A stretch of 48,319 bases of DNA from Gaiellales bacterium (GTDB lineage Bacteria; Actinomycetota; Thermoleophilia; Gaiellales; JAICJC01): assembly GCA_036494095.1 (NCBI GenBank), contig DASXOR010000011.1, positions 1 to 48,319 of the forward strand, written 5' to 3'. Under the pieces are notes generated by a model, which made no database searches, had not been told where the DNA came from, and saw only the letters and a program-made list of their open reading frames with translations. Of the stretch, positions 1 through 8,697 are shown one piece after another. Numbering within the stretch: position 1 is the first letter of the stretch; each line of letters starts with the position of its first letter. A program made the translations under genes and the position numbers.

Positions 1-648
1 CGCCACGCCGGCGCCCGACCCCAGCAGCGCCTCGCGGATGTCGTCGAAGTCGTCGAACGGGGTGTAGGCGAGCCCCAGCTTGTCGAGGTCGCGGGCGAGT
101 GCGTGCCTGGCGAAGCGGCGGTCGGCGGCGACGGCGGCGCACTGGTCGGAGTAGCCGTCGCCGATGTAGGCGACCGGCCTGCCGTTGCGCAGCCCGTCCA
201 CCACCGAGCGCTTGCACTCCTGGCCGCACACAGCGCAGTCGGCGCCGTGGCGAAACTCGATCGTCGTCCCCTCGGGCGTGAACCTGGCCTCATGCGCGAT
301 CACCGGAAGGTGCTCGGCGCCCTCGCGGGCGAGGATCGGCCGGATGATCGACTCGAACCCGCCCGAGACGACGACCAGCCCGTGCCCGGCCGCCTCGGCC
401 GCGCGCACGAACCGGGCGAATCCGGGCCGCACCCGGGCCTCCGCCACGGCCTCGGCCACGAGCGCCTCGTGCTCACCCCGGACCTGCATGAACTCCATCG
501 TCATGCACTCGCGCAGGGTCAGGCGGCCCTCGACCAGCCCTCGCTCGGCCTCCTCGTACGCCTCCGGGGCATAGCGCTCGAGCAGGCCGTCCTGAGTGTC
601 GCGATCGGTGATGGTGCCGTCGAAGTCGACGACGATCAGGAAGGGCAC
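1..648 (-). CDS. HAD-superfamily (IB) phosphatase, MtnX-like; 3' end runs off the left edge of the window
   Basis: Not in the ORF track because there is no stop in the window. My translation of the minus strand from GTG at 648: VPFLIVVDFDGTITDRD...VVVSGGFES...CAVCGQECKRSVV...AYIGDGYSDQCAAVAADRRFAR. The DxDGT nucleophile motif, SGG, Cys cluster and GDGxSD parallel Bacillus MtnX-type phosphatases. GC3 is high. Confidence 0.75.
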   Translation of the reverse strand, partial: MPFLIVVDFDGTITDRDTQDGLLERYAPEAYEEAERGLVEGRLTLRECMTMEFMQVRGEHEALVAEAVAEARVRPGFARFVRAAEAAGHGLVVVSGGFESIIRPILAREGAEHLPVIAHEARFTPEGTTIEFRHGADCAVCGQECKRSVVDGLRNGRPVAYIGDGYSDQCAAVAADRRFARHALARDLDKLGLAYTPFDDFDDIREALLGSGAGVA

Positions 649-652
649 GGGC

Positions 653-937
653 TCAGCCGCGTCGCGCCCAGCGAGCGACCGTGTCGGCATCGTGGCCGTG
701 TGCGATCAGCTGCAGGAGCGGCTTCGGGCTCTTGAGCGTCTGCATCGTCTCCATCTTGCCGACCGAGATCCCCTGGCGCTGGCAGAACCGCAGGAGCGCC
801 TGGCGGTCGCTCGAGAGCAGCCGCCACACCGTCTCCTGGCGGTGGCGGTCGAAGTCGCGGTAGACACCGACGTCGCCGGCGATCGCGCGGCGCACGGCCT
901 CGTTGTACTCGGCCCGGTAGTCGTGTTCCTCCGACAC
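653..937 (-). CDS. small hypothetical protein (about 94 aa); possible HTH, function unknown
   Basis: ORF track 653..988. The first 17 codons have low GC3 and coincide with an inverted-repeat arm, so I prefer GTG at 937 (VSEEHDYRAEYNEAV...). The stop lies 4 nt upstream of the HAD gene start. Confidence 0.45.
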   Translation of the reverse strand: MSEEHDYRAEYNEAVRRAIAGDVGVYRDFDRHRQETVWRLLSSDRQALLRFCQRQGISVGKMETMQTLKSPKPLLQLIAHGHDADTVARWARRG

Positions 938-952
938 GGCCGGGAGTGTATT

Positions 953-1043
953 AGATGATTGATCGAGAACCGCCGCGCACCTCGTCACGTTGTGGCGGAT
1001 GCGCGCAAGGTGGTGACCTGCGGCGATTCTCGATCAATCATCT
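953..1043. repeat. 23-bp inverted repeat (1 mismatch) with AT-rich 17-bp perfect core, arms 953-975 and 1021-1043, 45-nt spacer
   Basis: AGATGATTGATCGAGAACCGCCG at 953-975 against CGGCGATTCTCGATCAATCATCT at 1021-1043. The core is about 35% GC in a very GC-rich background. Confidence 0.8.
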
Positions 1044-1049
1044 CGCCGC

Positions 1050-1823
1050 TCACGCCCGCCCCACAACCTTGCCCTCGGCGTTGTACGCGACGAGGTGCAT
1101 GGGCGCGGAATTCCCGTCCGGGAACGGCAGTGCGAGGGCGAATGCTCCGCCGCGGGCGATCGGCGCGCCGCGGCCCGACACCCGATCGGCCACGCGGACG
1201 GCATCGCGGATCGTGATCAGGCCGTACTCGATCCGCCAGAACGACCCGCCGCGGCCGGTGGCGTTGACGTCGCCCTCCTGGTAGTCGAAGCCGTTGATCA
1301 CGTAGACCGGGTCCTGTCCGTTCACCTGCGTGCGGGTCGGCATGCAGCCGGGGACGGTGCCGCCGCCGTCGAGCGGATCGCGGCCGGTGCCCACCCAGTC
1401 GCCTGCGGGCAGCCGCAGGGCGCCGCACCAGCCGTGCGTGCGCGTGCGCCCGAACCAGAACTGCACGGGGCCGACGCGCGGGACGCGCATGGTCGCGGCC
1501 TTGAACACCGACGCGGGGATCACGTGCTGGTGCCACAGCTGGCCGGCGCTGGGGTCGTTGTTGTAGGCGGAGTTGGCCCGGAAGAGGGCGACCGGGCCGA
1601 GTGCGCCCGTCGCCCAGGCCGCGCCGATGCCGACGGCGAGCAGCAGCGCCGCGGCCGCCGCCAGCACGGGAGCGCGGCGGCGGTGCGGGCGGCGGACGGA
1701 CGTGCGGATGGGCACGGCGACGATCTGGCTCCTCACCGCCTCCCGGACATGCGCATCGGCCGGGGCGATCGAGCGGGCCGGGTCGAGCCGGCGCAGGACG
1801 TCGAGAGTGTCGAAGCGGGTCAT
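1050..1823 (-). CDS. putative anti-sigma factor / membrane protein cotranslated with the ECF sigma
   Basis: Internal ATG (MTRFDTLDVLRRLDP...) of track ORF 1050..2183. ATGA overlap with the sigma stop at 1820-1823. Short cytoplasmic N-terminus, one TM (VLAAAAALLLAVGIGAAW), then a roughly 180-aa extracytoplasmic domain. Confidence 0.6.
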   Translation of the reverse strand: MTRFDTLDVLRRLDPARSIAPADAHVREAVRSQIVAVPIRTSVRRPHRRRAPVLAAAAALLLAVGIGAAWATGALGPVALFRANSAYNNDPSAGQLWHQHVIPASVFKAATMRVPRVGPVQFWFGRTRTHGWCGALRLPAGDWVGTGRDPLDGGGTVPGCMPTRTQVNGQDPVYVINGFDYQEGDVNATGRGGSFWRIEYGLITIRDAVRVADRVSGRGAPIARGGAFALALPFPDGNSAPMHLVAYNAEGKVVGRA

Positions 1824-2386
1824 CCTGACCTCCTGGAGTCGGCGAATGCGAGGCCGCGGTTGGAGTCGGCATCGATGGTGCGGAGTGCGGCGGCGAGGCG
1901 GCGGCGGGCGCGGTGCAGGCGCAAGCTGGCATTGGCCTTCGAGCAGCCGAGCGCCGCGGCGATGGCCGTGCGGTCGAGCCCGTCCCAGACCGCGAGCAGC
2001 AGCACCTCGCGATCGCGCGGCGTGAGCGTGCGCAGGGCGGCCTCGACGGCAGCCGCCTCGCGGGGCGCGTCGACGCCCGCGAGGGCCGGCACGGCATCGG
2101 CGAGGCGTACGCTCACCGCCTGCCGGCGGCGCGCGCCGCGGTGCTCGTTGCGGCGGACGTTGCGGGCCACGCCGATCAGCCACGGCGCGGCCTGCTCGGG
2201 GATCTCGTCGAGCCGCCGCCAGGCGACCAGGAAGGTCTCGGCGACCACGTCGTCGACGATGCCGGGGTCGCGCCGCCAGATGTAGCGGCGCACCGTCTCG
2301 TGGTGCTGCTCATAGACGCGGGTGAAGCGCGCCTCTCGTGTCTCGGTGGTATGCAGAGTCATCCTCCGGCGGGGCTGGGACGTCAC
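1820..2386 (-). CDS. ECF (sigma-70 family) RNA polymerase sigma factor
   Basis: Track ORF of 188 aa. Region 2 (VDDVVAETFLVAWRR) and region 4 HTH (LDRTAIAAALGCSKANASLRLHRARRRL). Alternative start ATG at 2362. Confidence 0.9.
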   Translation of the reverse strand: MTSQPRRRMTLHTTETREARFTRVYEQHHETVRRYIWRRDPGIVDDVVAETFLVAWRRLDEIPEQAAPWLIGVARNVRRNEHRGARRRQAVSVRLADAVPALAGVDAPREAAAVEAALRTLTPRDREVLLLAVWDGLDRTAIAAALGCSKANASLRLHRARRRLAAALRTIDADSNRGLAFADSRRSG

Positions 2387-2445
2387 CTCTTCTCATGTCC
2401 GGCAAGGCGCGGAGATTTCGTCCGGGACCATCTAGTGTTGCGGTT

Positions 2446-3324
2446 ATGGCACACACCGCAACCCCGCAGACGCGCCGCTTTGGCGCCCAGAGCATGACCG
2501 CCCCGCTGCACGAGGTGCTGGTGAAGCGCCCCGGCGTGGCGTTCGGACGCGCCCACGACGACCCCGCGCACGGCTACCTGCACCCGGTCGATCTGACCGC
2601 CGCCCAGCGCCAGCACGACGCCTTCTGCACGATCCTCGCCGATCTCGGCGTGGCGGTGCACCAGCTCGAGGACGAGACGGCGAGCCCCGACCTCGTCTAC
2701 ACCTTCGATCCCGCGCTCGTCACCGACCGTGGCATGATCGGGCTTCGCTCCGGCAAGCCGAACCGCCAGGGCGAGGCGGCGGCCCTCGAGGCCTGGGCGA
2801 GCGCGCACGAGATGCCCGTGATCGGACAGCTCGATGACCCCCAGACAGCCGACGGCGGCGACACGTTCTGGCTGCGGCCGGACGTCTTCTGCATCGGCCG
2901 CTCGCTGCGCACCAACGCGGCCGGCGCCCGGCAGCTGGCCGAGCTCGTCGGCGGCGACGTGCACGTCTTCGACGTCCCCTACGCCAACGGCCCGGCCGAG
3001 TGCCTGCACCTGCTCTCGGTCATCTCGCCCATCAGCGACGGCCTGGCGGTCGTGTTCCTGCCCCAGCTTCCCGCCGGCCTGTACGAGCTTCTGGGCGAGC
3101 ACTCCGTCGAGATGGTGCCGGTGCCCGAGAACGAGCTCGTCACCCAGGGCTGCAACATCCTGGCCGTGCGGCCGGGCGTGGTCGTGATGGTCGAGGGCAA
3201 CCCGGTCACGCAGCGCGCGCTGCTCGACCGCGGCTGCGAGGTGCACACGTTCCCCGGGGACGAGGTGTGCATCAACGGCTCCGGCGGCCCCACGTGCATC
3301 ACCCGCCCGATCCTGCGCGGATGA
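2446..3324 (+). CDS. amidinotransferase-fold enzyme (dimethylarginine dimethylaminohydrolase / arginine deiminase-like)
   Basis: Track ORF 2338..3324, trimmed to ATG 2446 (alternative 2494). C-terminal [15 protein letters not shown] places the catalytic Cys where this fold has it. Confidence 0.75.
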   Translation: MAHTATPQTRRFGAQSMTAPLHEVLVKRPGVAFGRAHDDPAHGYLHPVDLTAAQRQHDAFCTILADLGVAVHQLEDETASPDLVYTFDPALVTDRGMIGLRSGKPNRQGEAAALEAWASAHEMPVIGQLDDPQTADGGDTFWLRPDVFCIGRSLRTNAAGARQLAELVGGDVHVFDVPYANGPAECLHLLSVISPISDGLAVVFLPQLPAGLYELLGEHSVEMVPVPENELVTQGCNILAVRPGVVVMVEGNPVTQRALLDRGCEVHTFPGDEVCINGSGGPTCITRPILRG

Positions 3325-4589
3325 AGAACCTCACGCCGGCCGAGCTGGCCGTGGTGGCAAACGTCGACCGGGATCGCCTGGCCGACGACCTGGCGGCGCT
3401 CGTCGCGATCCCGAGCCTGACCGGCGACGAGGGCGCCGTGCAGACCGAGGTCGCGTTGCGCATGACGACCGCCGGGCTCGAGGTCGAGCGCGTCGACACG
3501 CCGGCGATCGATCTCTCGACCGATCCCGACTTCCCGGGCGTCGAGGTGGCGCGCGACACCCATCCGGTCGTGACGGGGCGGCTGACGGGCGACGCGGCCG
3601 GGCGGCGGGTGCTGATCGCCGGGCATATCGACGTCGTTTCGGGCGGCGACGAGCTGGCCTGGACGTCGCCGCCGTTTCGGCCGCGGATCGAGGACGGCAT
3701 CCTCTACGGGCGCGGCGCGTGCGACATGAAGGGCGGCGTCGTCGCCGGCCTCGGGGCACTGCGGGCAATCGCCGAGGCCGGCGTCGAGCTCGGCGGCGAG
3801 GCGATGCTCGTGACCGTGCCGGGCGAGGAGGACGGCGGGGCCGGGATGCTGGCGGCCATCCGGGCCGGCTGCACCGGCGATTGGGCGGTCATCACCGAAC
3901 CGACCCGGCGCGAGATCGTGACCGCGCAGGCGGGCGCGATCACGTTCACGCTGACCGTGTCCGGCAAGAGCGCCCACGCCGCCTTCCGCCGCCGCGGCGT
4001 CTCGGCCGTCGAGAAGCTGTGGCCCGTGATGGCCGCGCTGACCCGCAACGAGGATGAGCGAAACGCCGCCGAGAGGCTGCAGTCGATGCGCGACCTGGGC
4101 CTGCCCTACCCCACCCTGATCGGCCGGGTGAACGCCGGCGACTGGTCATCCACCGTGCCGGAGCGGCTGGTGGCCGAGGGCCGCTACGGCGTGCGCGTCG
4201 GCCAGACGGTCGCCGAGGCGGAGGCTGAGCTGCGAGCGGTTCTGGCCGACGCCTGCGCCGGCGACGACTGGCTGCGCGAGCATCCGGTCGAGGTGCAGGT
4301 GACCGGAGGCCGGTTCGCCTCGGCCGCGGTGCCGTCCGACCATCCGCTGCCGTGGGCGGTGGGCGAGGCCGCCCGCGACGTGGACGGCCGCCTGCCGCCG
4401 TTCGTCGGCGTGCCGTACGGCTCCGACGCGCGCCTGCTGATCGACCACGGCGCGACGCCGACCGTGCTCTACGGCCCGGGCGACCCCGAGCTCGCCCACT
4501 CCGTGGACGAGCACATCGCCCTCGAAGACGTCGTCCGCTGCGCCCGCGTCCTCGCCGTGTGGGTCATGCGGTCGCTGGCACCAGAATGA
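3321..4589 (+). CDS. M20 family metallopeptidase (ArgE/DapE-type deacylase)
   Basis: Internal ATG (MKNLTPAEL...) of track ORF 3000..4589. ATGA overlap with the upstream stop. Motifs [24 protein letters not shown]. Confidence 0.85.
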   Translation: MKNLTPAELAVVANVDRDRLADDLAALVAIPSLTGDEGAVQTEVALRMTTAGLEVERVDTPAIDLSTDPDFPGVEVARDTHPVVTGRLTGDAAGRRVLIAGHIDVVSGGDELAWTSPPFRPRIEDGILYGRGACDMKGGVVAGLGALRAIAEAGVELGGEAMLVTVPGEEDGGAGMLAAIRAGCTGDWAVITEPTRREIVTAQAGAITFTLTVSGKSAHAAFRRRGVSAVEKLWPVMAALTRNEDERNAAERLQSMRDLGLPYPTLIGRVNAGDWSSTVPERLVAEGRYGVRVGQTVAEAEAELRAVLADACAGDDWLREHPVEVQVTGGRFASAAVPSDHPLPWAVGEAARDVDGRLPPFVGVPYGSDARLLIDHGATPTVLYGPGDPELAHSVDEHIALEDVVRCARVLAVWVMRSLAPE

Positions 4590-5535
4590 GCTTGCCCTGC
4601 GTGCGCCGCGACTCGAGATCCTCGTGCGCCCGGCGCGCGTCAGCGAGCGGGTAGCGGCCGCCGATCAGCACCCGCAGACGGCCCGTCGCCACCCACTCGA
4701 ACACCTGCTCGGCCCGGGCGAGCAGGTCGTCGCGGGTGGCGGTGTAGTAGGGCAGCGTGGGCCGGGTCACGAAGAGCGAGCCGCCCTCGGCGAGCCGGTG
4801 GAGCTCGAGCGGTTGCGGCTGGCCGCTCGCGGCGCCGTACAGAACCATGAGCCCGCGCGGGCGCAGGACGGAGAGCCCGGCGGCGAACGTGTCGCGGCCG
4901 ATCCCGTCGTACACGACGTGGACGCCTGCGCCGCCGGTGAGATCCCGCACCGCCTCGGCGAAGCCCTCGTAGCCGATCACGTCGTCGGCGCCGTGCTCGC
5001 GCGCCAGCCGGCGCTTGTCCCCGGTCGAGGCGGTGGCGATCACGCGGGCGCCGCGCATCTTCGCCATCTCGGTCAGGAGCAGCCCGACGCCGCCGGCGGC
5101 GGCATGCACCAGCACGTCGTCCCGGGGACGGATCGGATAGGTCGACGTCGCCAGGTAGTGGGCGGTCATCCCCTGCAGGAGGACGGCCGCGGCCAGCTCG
5201 GATGAGACGGCGTCCGGCACCTGCACCGCTCGCTCGGCGGCGACGAGCACGCGCTCGGCGTAGCTGCCCGTCGCGCTCGTCCAGCTCACCCGGTCGCCGA
5301 CCGCGAACTCCGTCACGCCCGCGCCGAGGGCGACAACGGTGCCCGCGCCCTCTGCCCCGCCGACGAGCGGCGGCGGCGTGCCGTAGCCGCCCCGCCGCTC
5401 GTACACGTCGCGGAAGTTCACGCCGGCCGCCTCGAGCGCGACCAGCAGCTGCCCGTCGCCCGCAACGGGCTCCGGCCACTCGCGCGGCTCGAGTACCTCG
5501 GGGCCGCCGTTTCGGCTGATCACGACCGCGAGCAT
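4564..5535 (-). CDS. NADPH:quinone oxidoreductase (zeta-crystallin/MDR family)
   Basis: Internal ATG ([15 protein letters not shown]...) of track ORF 4564..5787. Motifs GVNFRDVY and [10 protein letters not shown] (Rossmann). Confidence 0.9.
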   Translation of the reverse strand: MLAVVISRNGGPEVLEPREWPEPVAGDGQLLVALEAAGVNFRDVYERRGGYGTPPPLVGGAEGAGTVVALGAGVTEFAVGDRVSWTSATGSYAERVLVAAERAVQVPDAVSSELAAAVLLQGMTAHYLATSTYPIRPRDDVLVHAAAGGVGLLLTEMAKMRGARVIATASTGDKRRLAREHGADDVIGYEGFAEAVRDLTGGAGVHVVYDGIGRDTFAAGLSVLRPRGLMVLYGAASGQPQPLELHRLAEGGSLFVTRPTLPYYTATRDDLLARAEQVFEWVATGRLRVLIGGRYPLADARRAHEDLESRRTQGKLILVPATA

Positions 5536-5539
5536 CGCC

Positions 5540-6319
5540 TCAGGCCGGGGACGGCGCGGGCGTGCCGTTGTCCCAGCCGCGCAGCTCGAAGCCCTCGTCG
5601 CCGAGCGTCGCACGCAGGCCGTCGGCGACGGTCGCGGAGCACACCACGAGCACGCCGCCGTCGGATCCGTCACCACGGCGAAGCGCCGCCGCCACCCGCT
5701 CGGGCGGCTGCACGTGGTGGCCGCTTCGGCCGAGCTCACGGTAGGTGTCGCGCACGACGACGAGCGACCCGGCCGGGCCGCGGACAAGGGCCGCGAGCTC
5801 GACGAAGTGGCCCACGTCCCAGTCGGCCGGCGGCGGCTCGGGGGTACCGCCCGCCAGATGCTCCAGCACGACGGCGGGGTCGGGGCGCGATCCCCAGAAG
5901 GGGCCGGTGCGCACGTTCGCGATCAGGAGCGCGTCGGCGGCCGCGGCGTCAAGCAGGCCGCAGACGTGCTCGCCGGTCCACGGGCCCGCCACCTCGATCG
6001 CGGCGAGTGCGCCGGCCGACAGCTTCTCGATCGCGGCTGCGAGCGGCGGCGCGGCGGTGCCTCCCGTGGCCGGGTCGGCGGCGAGCGGCAACTCGACGCG
6101 GTAGTCGCATCGGGGCGTCGCGCCGGGCGCGACGTGCGTCTGCGGGTCGCCGCCCGGCAGGATCGCGCCCGCCGCGAGCGCAACCGCCTCCTGGTCGGCG
6201 TCGACGCCGGCCGCGCGCAGCGCGAGGCTGGCCCAGAAGCAGCCGCACAGGTTGTCCATCTGCTGGCCCTCGGCGGCGTAGGCCGCGGCGAACGCGAGCC
6301 GGTCGGGCACCGTGCTCAC
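5540..6319 (-). CDS. hypothetical protein with a putative papain-fold Cys-His-Asp triad (phytochelatin-synthase-like)
   Basis: Track ORF 5540..6586, trimmed to GTG 6319, which forms a GTGA overlap with the nitrilase stop. Motifs QQMDNLCGCFWASLAL and DWDVGHFVELAALVRGPAGSLVVVRDTY. Confidence 0.55.
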   Translation of the reverse strand: MSTVPDRLAFAAAYAAEGQQMDNLCGCFWASLALRAAGVDADQEAVALAAGAILPGGDPQTHVAPGATPRCDYRVELPLAADPATGGTAAPPLAAAIEKLSAGALAAIEVAGPWTGEHVCGLLDAAAADALLIANVRTGPFWGSRPDPAVVLEHLAGGTPEPPPADWDVGHFVELAALVRGPAGSLVVVRDTYRELGRSGHHVQPPERVAAALRRGDGSDGGVLVVCSATVADGLRATLGDEGFELRGWDNGTPAPSPA

Positions 6320-7134
6320 TGCGGGAGTGGCCACACCTGGAGCATATTGCGCGTCGGCGCCCACCGCCGCGCAAGCAGCCCGTCGGCACGATCGAGGTCG
6401 ATGTCCGCGCACACGACCCCGACGGCGCCGTAGGGCAGGCTCGTGACGAGCTCGCCGTTCGGCGAGACGATGCAGGTGGCCGAGCCCTGGTCGGGGCCGG
6501 CGATGTTGGCCGCGGCGACATAGACGCCGTTCTCGAGCGCGCGGCACATGAGCGCCTTCTCGCTGTACGGGTTGGAGGCGTCGCACCAGCGGGTCGGCAG
6601 GGAGCCGTCGGCGGTCGTCACGTAGTGCGGGGCAAAGACGATGCGCGCGCCCGCGAGCACGAGCGAGCGGGCGATCTCGGGATAGCGGAACCCCTCGTGA
6701 CAGATCGTGATCCCGAAGGTCGCCCCCGCCGCGGTGAAGACCCGGCGGCCGGATCCGGGCACGTAGTGCGGCTCCTCGCTGGGGTCGATCTGCGTCTTTG
6801 CCTGTACGCCGAGCAGCGCCCCGTCCGCGCCGACGACGACTGCGACGATCTCGCGCCCGGCGGGCGTCGGCCGCTCGGCGCCGACGATCGCGACGACCGC
6901 TGCCGCACGGGCCGCCGCGGCCACCTGGGCGATCGCTGCATCCATCGCCTCCGCGCTCACGTCCGCCACCGGCCGGACCTGGACACGGTGTCCCGGCAGC
7001 CCCGTCTCCGGCAGGCAGACGATGGCGGCGCCCTGCCGGCCCGCCTCCTCCACGGCGGCGACCGCCGCCGGCGCCGCCTCGTCAAGTGTCGCAGTGAGCG
7101 GCGTTGAGGCGACCGCGATCCGCACCGTCGGCAT
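6316..7134 (-). CDS. carbon-nitrogen hydrolase (nitrilase superfamily)
   Basis: Track ORF of 272 aa. Glu-Lys-Cys triad context: IVCLPE, VQAKTQ, GITICHEG. Confidence 0.85.
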   Translation of the reverse strand: MPTVRIAVASTPLTATLDEAAPAAVAAVEEAGRQGAAIVCLPETGLPGHRVQVRPVADVSAEAMDAAIAQVAAAARAAAVVAIVGAERPTPAGREIVAVVVGADGALLGVQAKTQIDPSEEPHYVPGSGRRVFTAAGATFGITICHEGFRYPEIARSLVLAGARIVFAPHYVTTADGSLPTRWCDASNPYSEKALMCRALENGVYVAAANIAGPDQGSATCIVSPNGELVTSLPYGAVGVVCADIDLDRADGLLARRWAPTRNMLQVWPLPQ

Positions 7135-7153
7135 CGGCCGAGTGTAACCGGCG

Positions 7154-7561
7154 CTAGATCACGAGGCCCTTGATCGTGACCGCGACGGTGCGCCCGGCGA
7201 TGACGACGACGATCCGGTGCGGCTGGACGGGCGCGACCGGGAAGATTCGGGCGGTGATCCTGTGGCGCCCGGCCGGCAGGCGCAGCCGGAACCGTCCCCG
7301 CGCGTCGGTCGTCAGACGATGCACGAGGCGGCGGCCGGCACTCGTTCGGCCCGTGATCACGACCGGCGCCGCCTTGACCGTCCGCAGCTCTGCGACGCCA
7401 CCGTTGCTCGCAGTCTGGCCGCCGCCGTCGATCCCAACGAGGCCGGACACCGTTCCCGTACGCGCGGCGGCCGTCGTCGTGGAAGTCGCCGACGACGAGC
7501 CGAGACAGCCGGCCGCGAACAGGGCGGCTCCGCAGACGAGCGCGAACGGGAGCCTGGTCAT
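7154..7561 (-). CDS. lipoprotein with a carboxypeptidase-regulatory-like beta-sandwich domain
   Basis: Track ORF of 135 aa. Signal peptide plus lipobox (LFAAGC). C-terminal GRFRLRLPAGRHRITA pattern. Confidence 0.6.
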   Translation of the reverse strand: MTRLPFALVCGAALFAAGCLGSSSATSTTTAAARTGTVSGLVGIDGGGQTASNGGVAELRTVKAAPVVITGRTSAGRRLVHRLTTDARGRFRLRLPAGRHRITARIFPVAPVQPHRIVVVIAGRTVAVTIKGLVI

Positions 7562-7566
7562 CGGAT

Positions 7567-7600
7567 GGGGACTGTCCCGCTTTTCGCGGGGACTGTCCCC
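7567..7600. repeat. two copies of the self-palindromic motif GGGGACTGTCCC(C), 9-nt spacer
   Basis: Copies at 7567-7578 and 7588-7600, between the queC stop (7620) and the lipoprotein start (7561). Together they can form a roughly 13-bp hairpin. Confidence 0.75.
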
Positions 7601-7619
7601 GCCTTGCGGGCGTGTACGG

Positions 7620-8315
7620 TCATGAGGCCTGGAACTCCGCCCACCCGCGTGCGCGCGTCTCGCACGCCGGGCAGGCCCCGCAGCCGTGGCCCCAGTCGTG
7701 CAGCTCGCCGCGCACGCCCTCGTAGCAGCTGTGCGTCTGCGTGCGCACGAGCTCGAGCACGCCGAGCTCGTCGGCGAGCGCCCACGTCTGCGCCTTCGTG
7801 CGGTGCAGCAGCGGGGCGTCGATCGTGAAGGCGGGGCAGTCCATGCCGGTCCGGATCGTCTCGGTCAGCGAGTCGACGAAGTCGGCCCGGCAATCCGGAT
7901 AGCCGGCCTCGTCCGTGGAGCACACGCCGGCCACCACCGTCTCGTAGCCGCGGGGGACGCCGAACGCGGCGGCGAGGCCGAGGAAGATGATGTTGCGTCC
8001 GGGCACGAACGACGACGGCAGGCCGCGCAGCTCCGCGTACGCGTTGCCGGTGCCCGTCGCGTCCAGCCGGCCGGCGATGGCCGGGTTCGTGAGGCTGGCG
8101 TCGGCGAGCTGCGAGAACACGCCGACCGGCAGGACGACCTGCTCCACACCGGCCCCGGCGGCCAGCGCGGCGGCGCATTCGAGCTCGATGCGGTGGCGCT
8201 GGCCGTAGTCGAACGAGACGGCATGCACCCGCTCGTAGCGGCGCAGCGCGGCGTACAGGCATGTGGTCGAGTCCTGCCCGCCGGAGAGGCAGACGACGGC
8301 CGCGCCGGCGCTCAC
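7620..8315 (-). CDS. queC: 7-cyano-7-deazaguanine synthase
   Basis: GTG 8315 inside track ORF 7620..8903 (GTGA overlap with the queF stop). Motifs VCLSGGQDS and C-terminal CYEG...CGACPACETR zinc cysteines. Confidence 0.9.
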   Translation of the reverse strand: MSAGAAVVCLSGGQDSTTCLYAALRRYERVHAVSFDYGQRHRIELECAAALAAGAGVEQVVLPVGVFSQLADASLTNPAIAGRLDATGTGNAYAELRGLPSSFVPGRNIIFLGLAAAFGVPRGYETVVAGVCSTDEAGYPDCRADFVDSLTETIRTGMDCPAFTIDAPLLHRTKAQTWALADELGVLELVRTQTHSCYEGVRGELHDWGHGCGACPACETRARGWAEFQAS

Positions 8316-8683
8316 GCCGGGTACGAGCTCGACGCGGTGACCGCGATCCCGCCGCGCGAGTTGAAGCGGACGGTGACCGTGAGCGCCACCGGATCGAGCG
8401 CCGCCACCAGGTCGTCGCGCATGACCGTCGCCAGGTGCTCGTGGAAGATGCCCTCCTCGCGGAAGGTCTCCAGGTAGAGCTTCAGGCTCTTGGTCTCGAC
8501 CGCGAGCTTGCCGGGCCGGTATTCGATCGAGATCGTCGCCCAGTCGGGCTGGCCCGTGATCGGGCAGCGGCAGGTGAACTCGGCGCAGTCGAGCGTGATC
8601 ACCTGGGTGGTGTCGGCGATCGGGAACGCCTCGATCGCGCGGTCGGACTTCGCTGAAGGATTGCCGAGCTTCGTCAGTTCCAC
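8312..8683 (-). CDS. queF: NADPH-dependent 7-cyano-7-deazaguanine reductase (type I QueF)
   Basis: Track ORF 8312..8722. I prefer GTG 8683, preceded by GAGG. Motifs CPITGQPDWA and ETKSLKLYLETF. Confidence 0.85.
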   Translation of the reverse strand: MELTKLGNPSAKSDRAIEAFPIADTTQVITLDCAEFTCRCPITGQPDWATISIEYRPGKLAVETKSLKLYLETFREEGIFHEHLATVMRDDLVAALDPVALTVTVRFNSRGGIAVTASSSYPA

Positions 8684-8697
8684 GGTTCGCCTCGCGG

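Noticed and set aside
953-1043. Interpretation of the 23-bp inverted repeat as a MITE or IS remnant
   Set aside because: There are no flanking direct target-site duplication, no transposase and no second copy in the window. It is kept as a structural finding but not called a mobile element.
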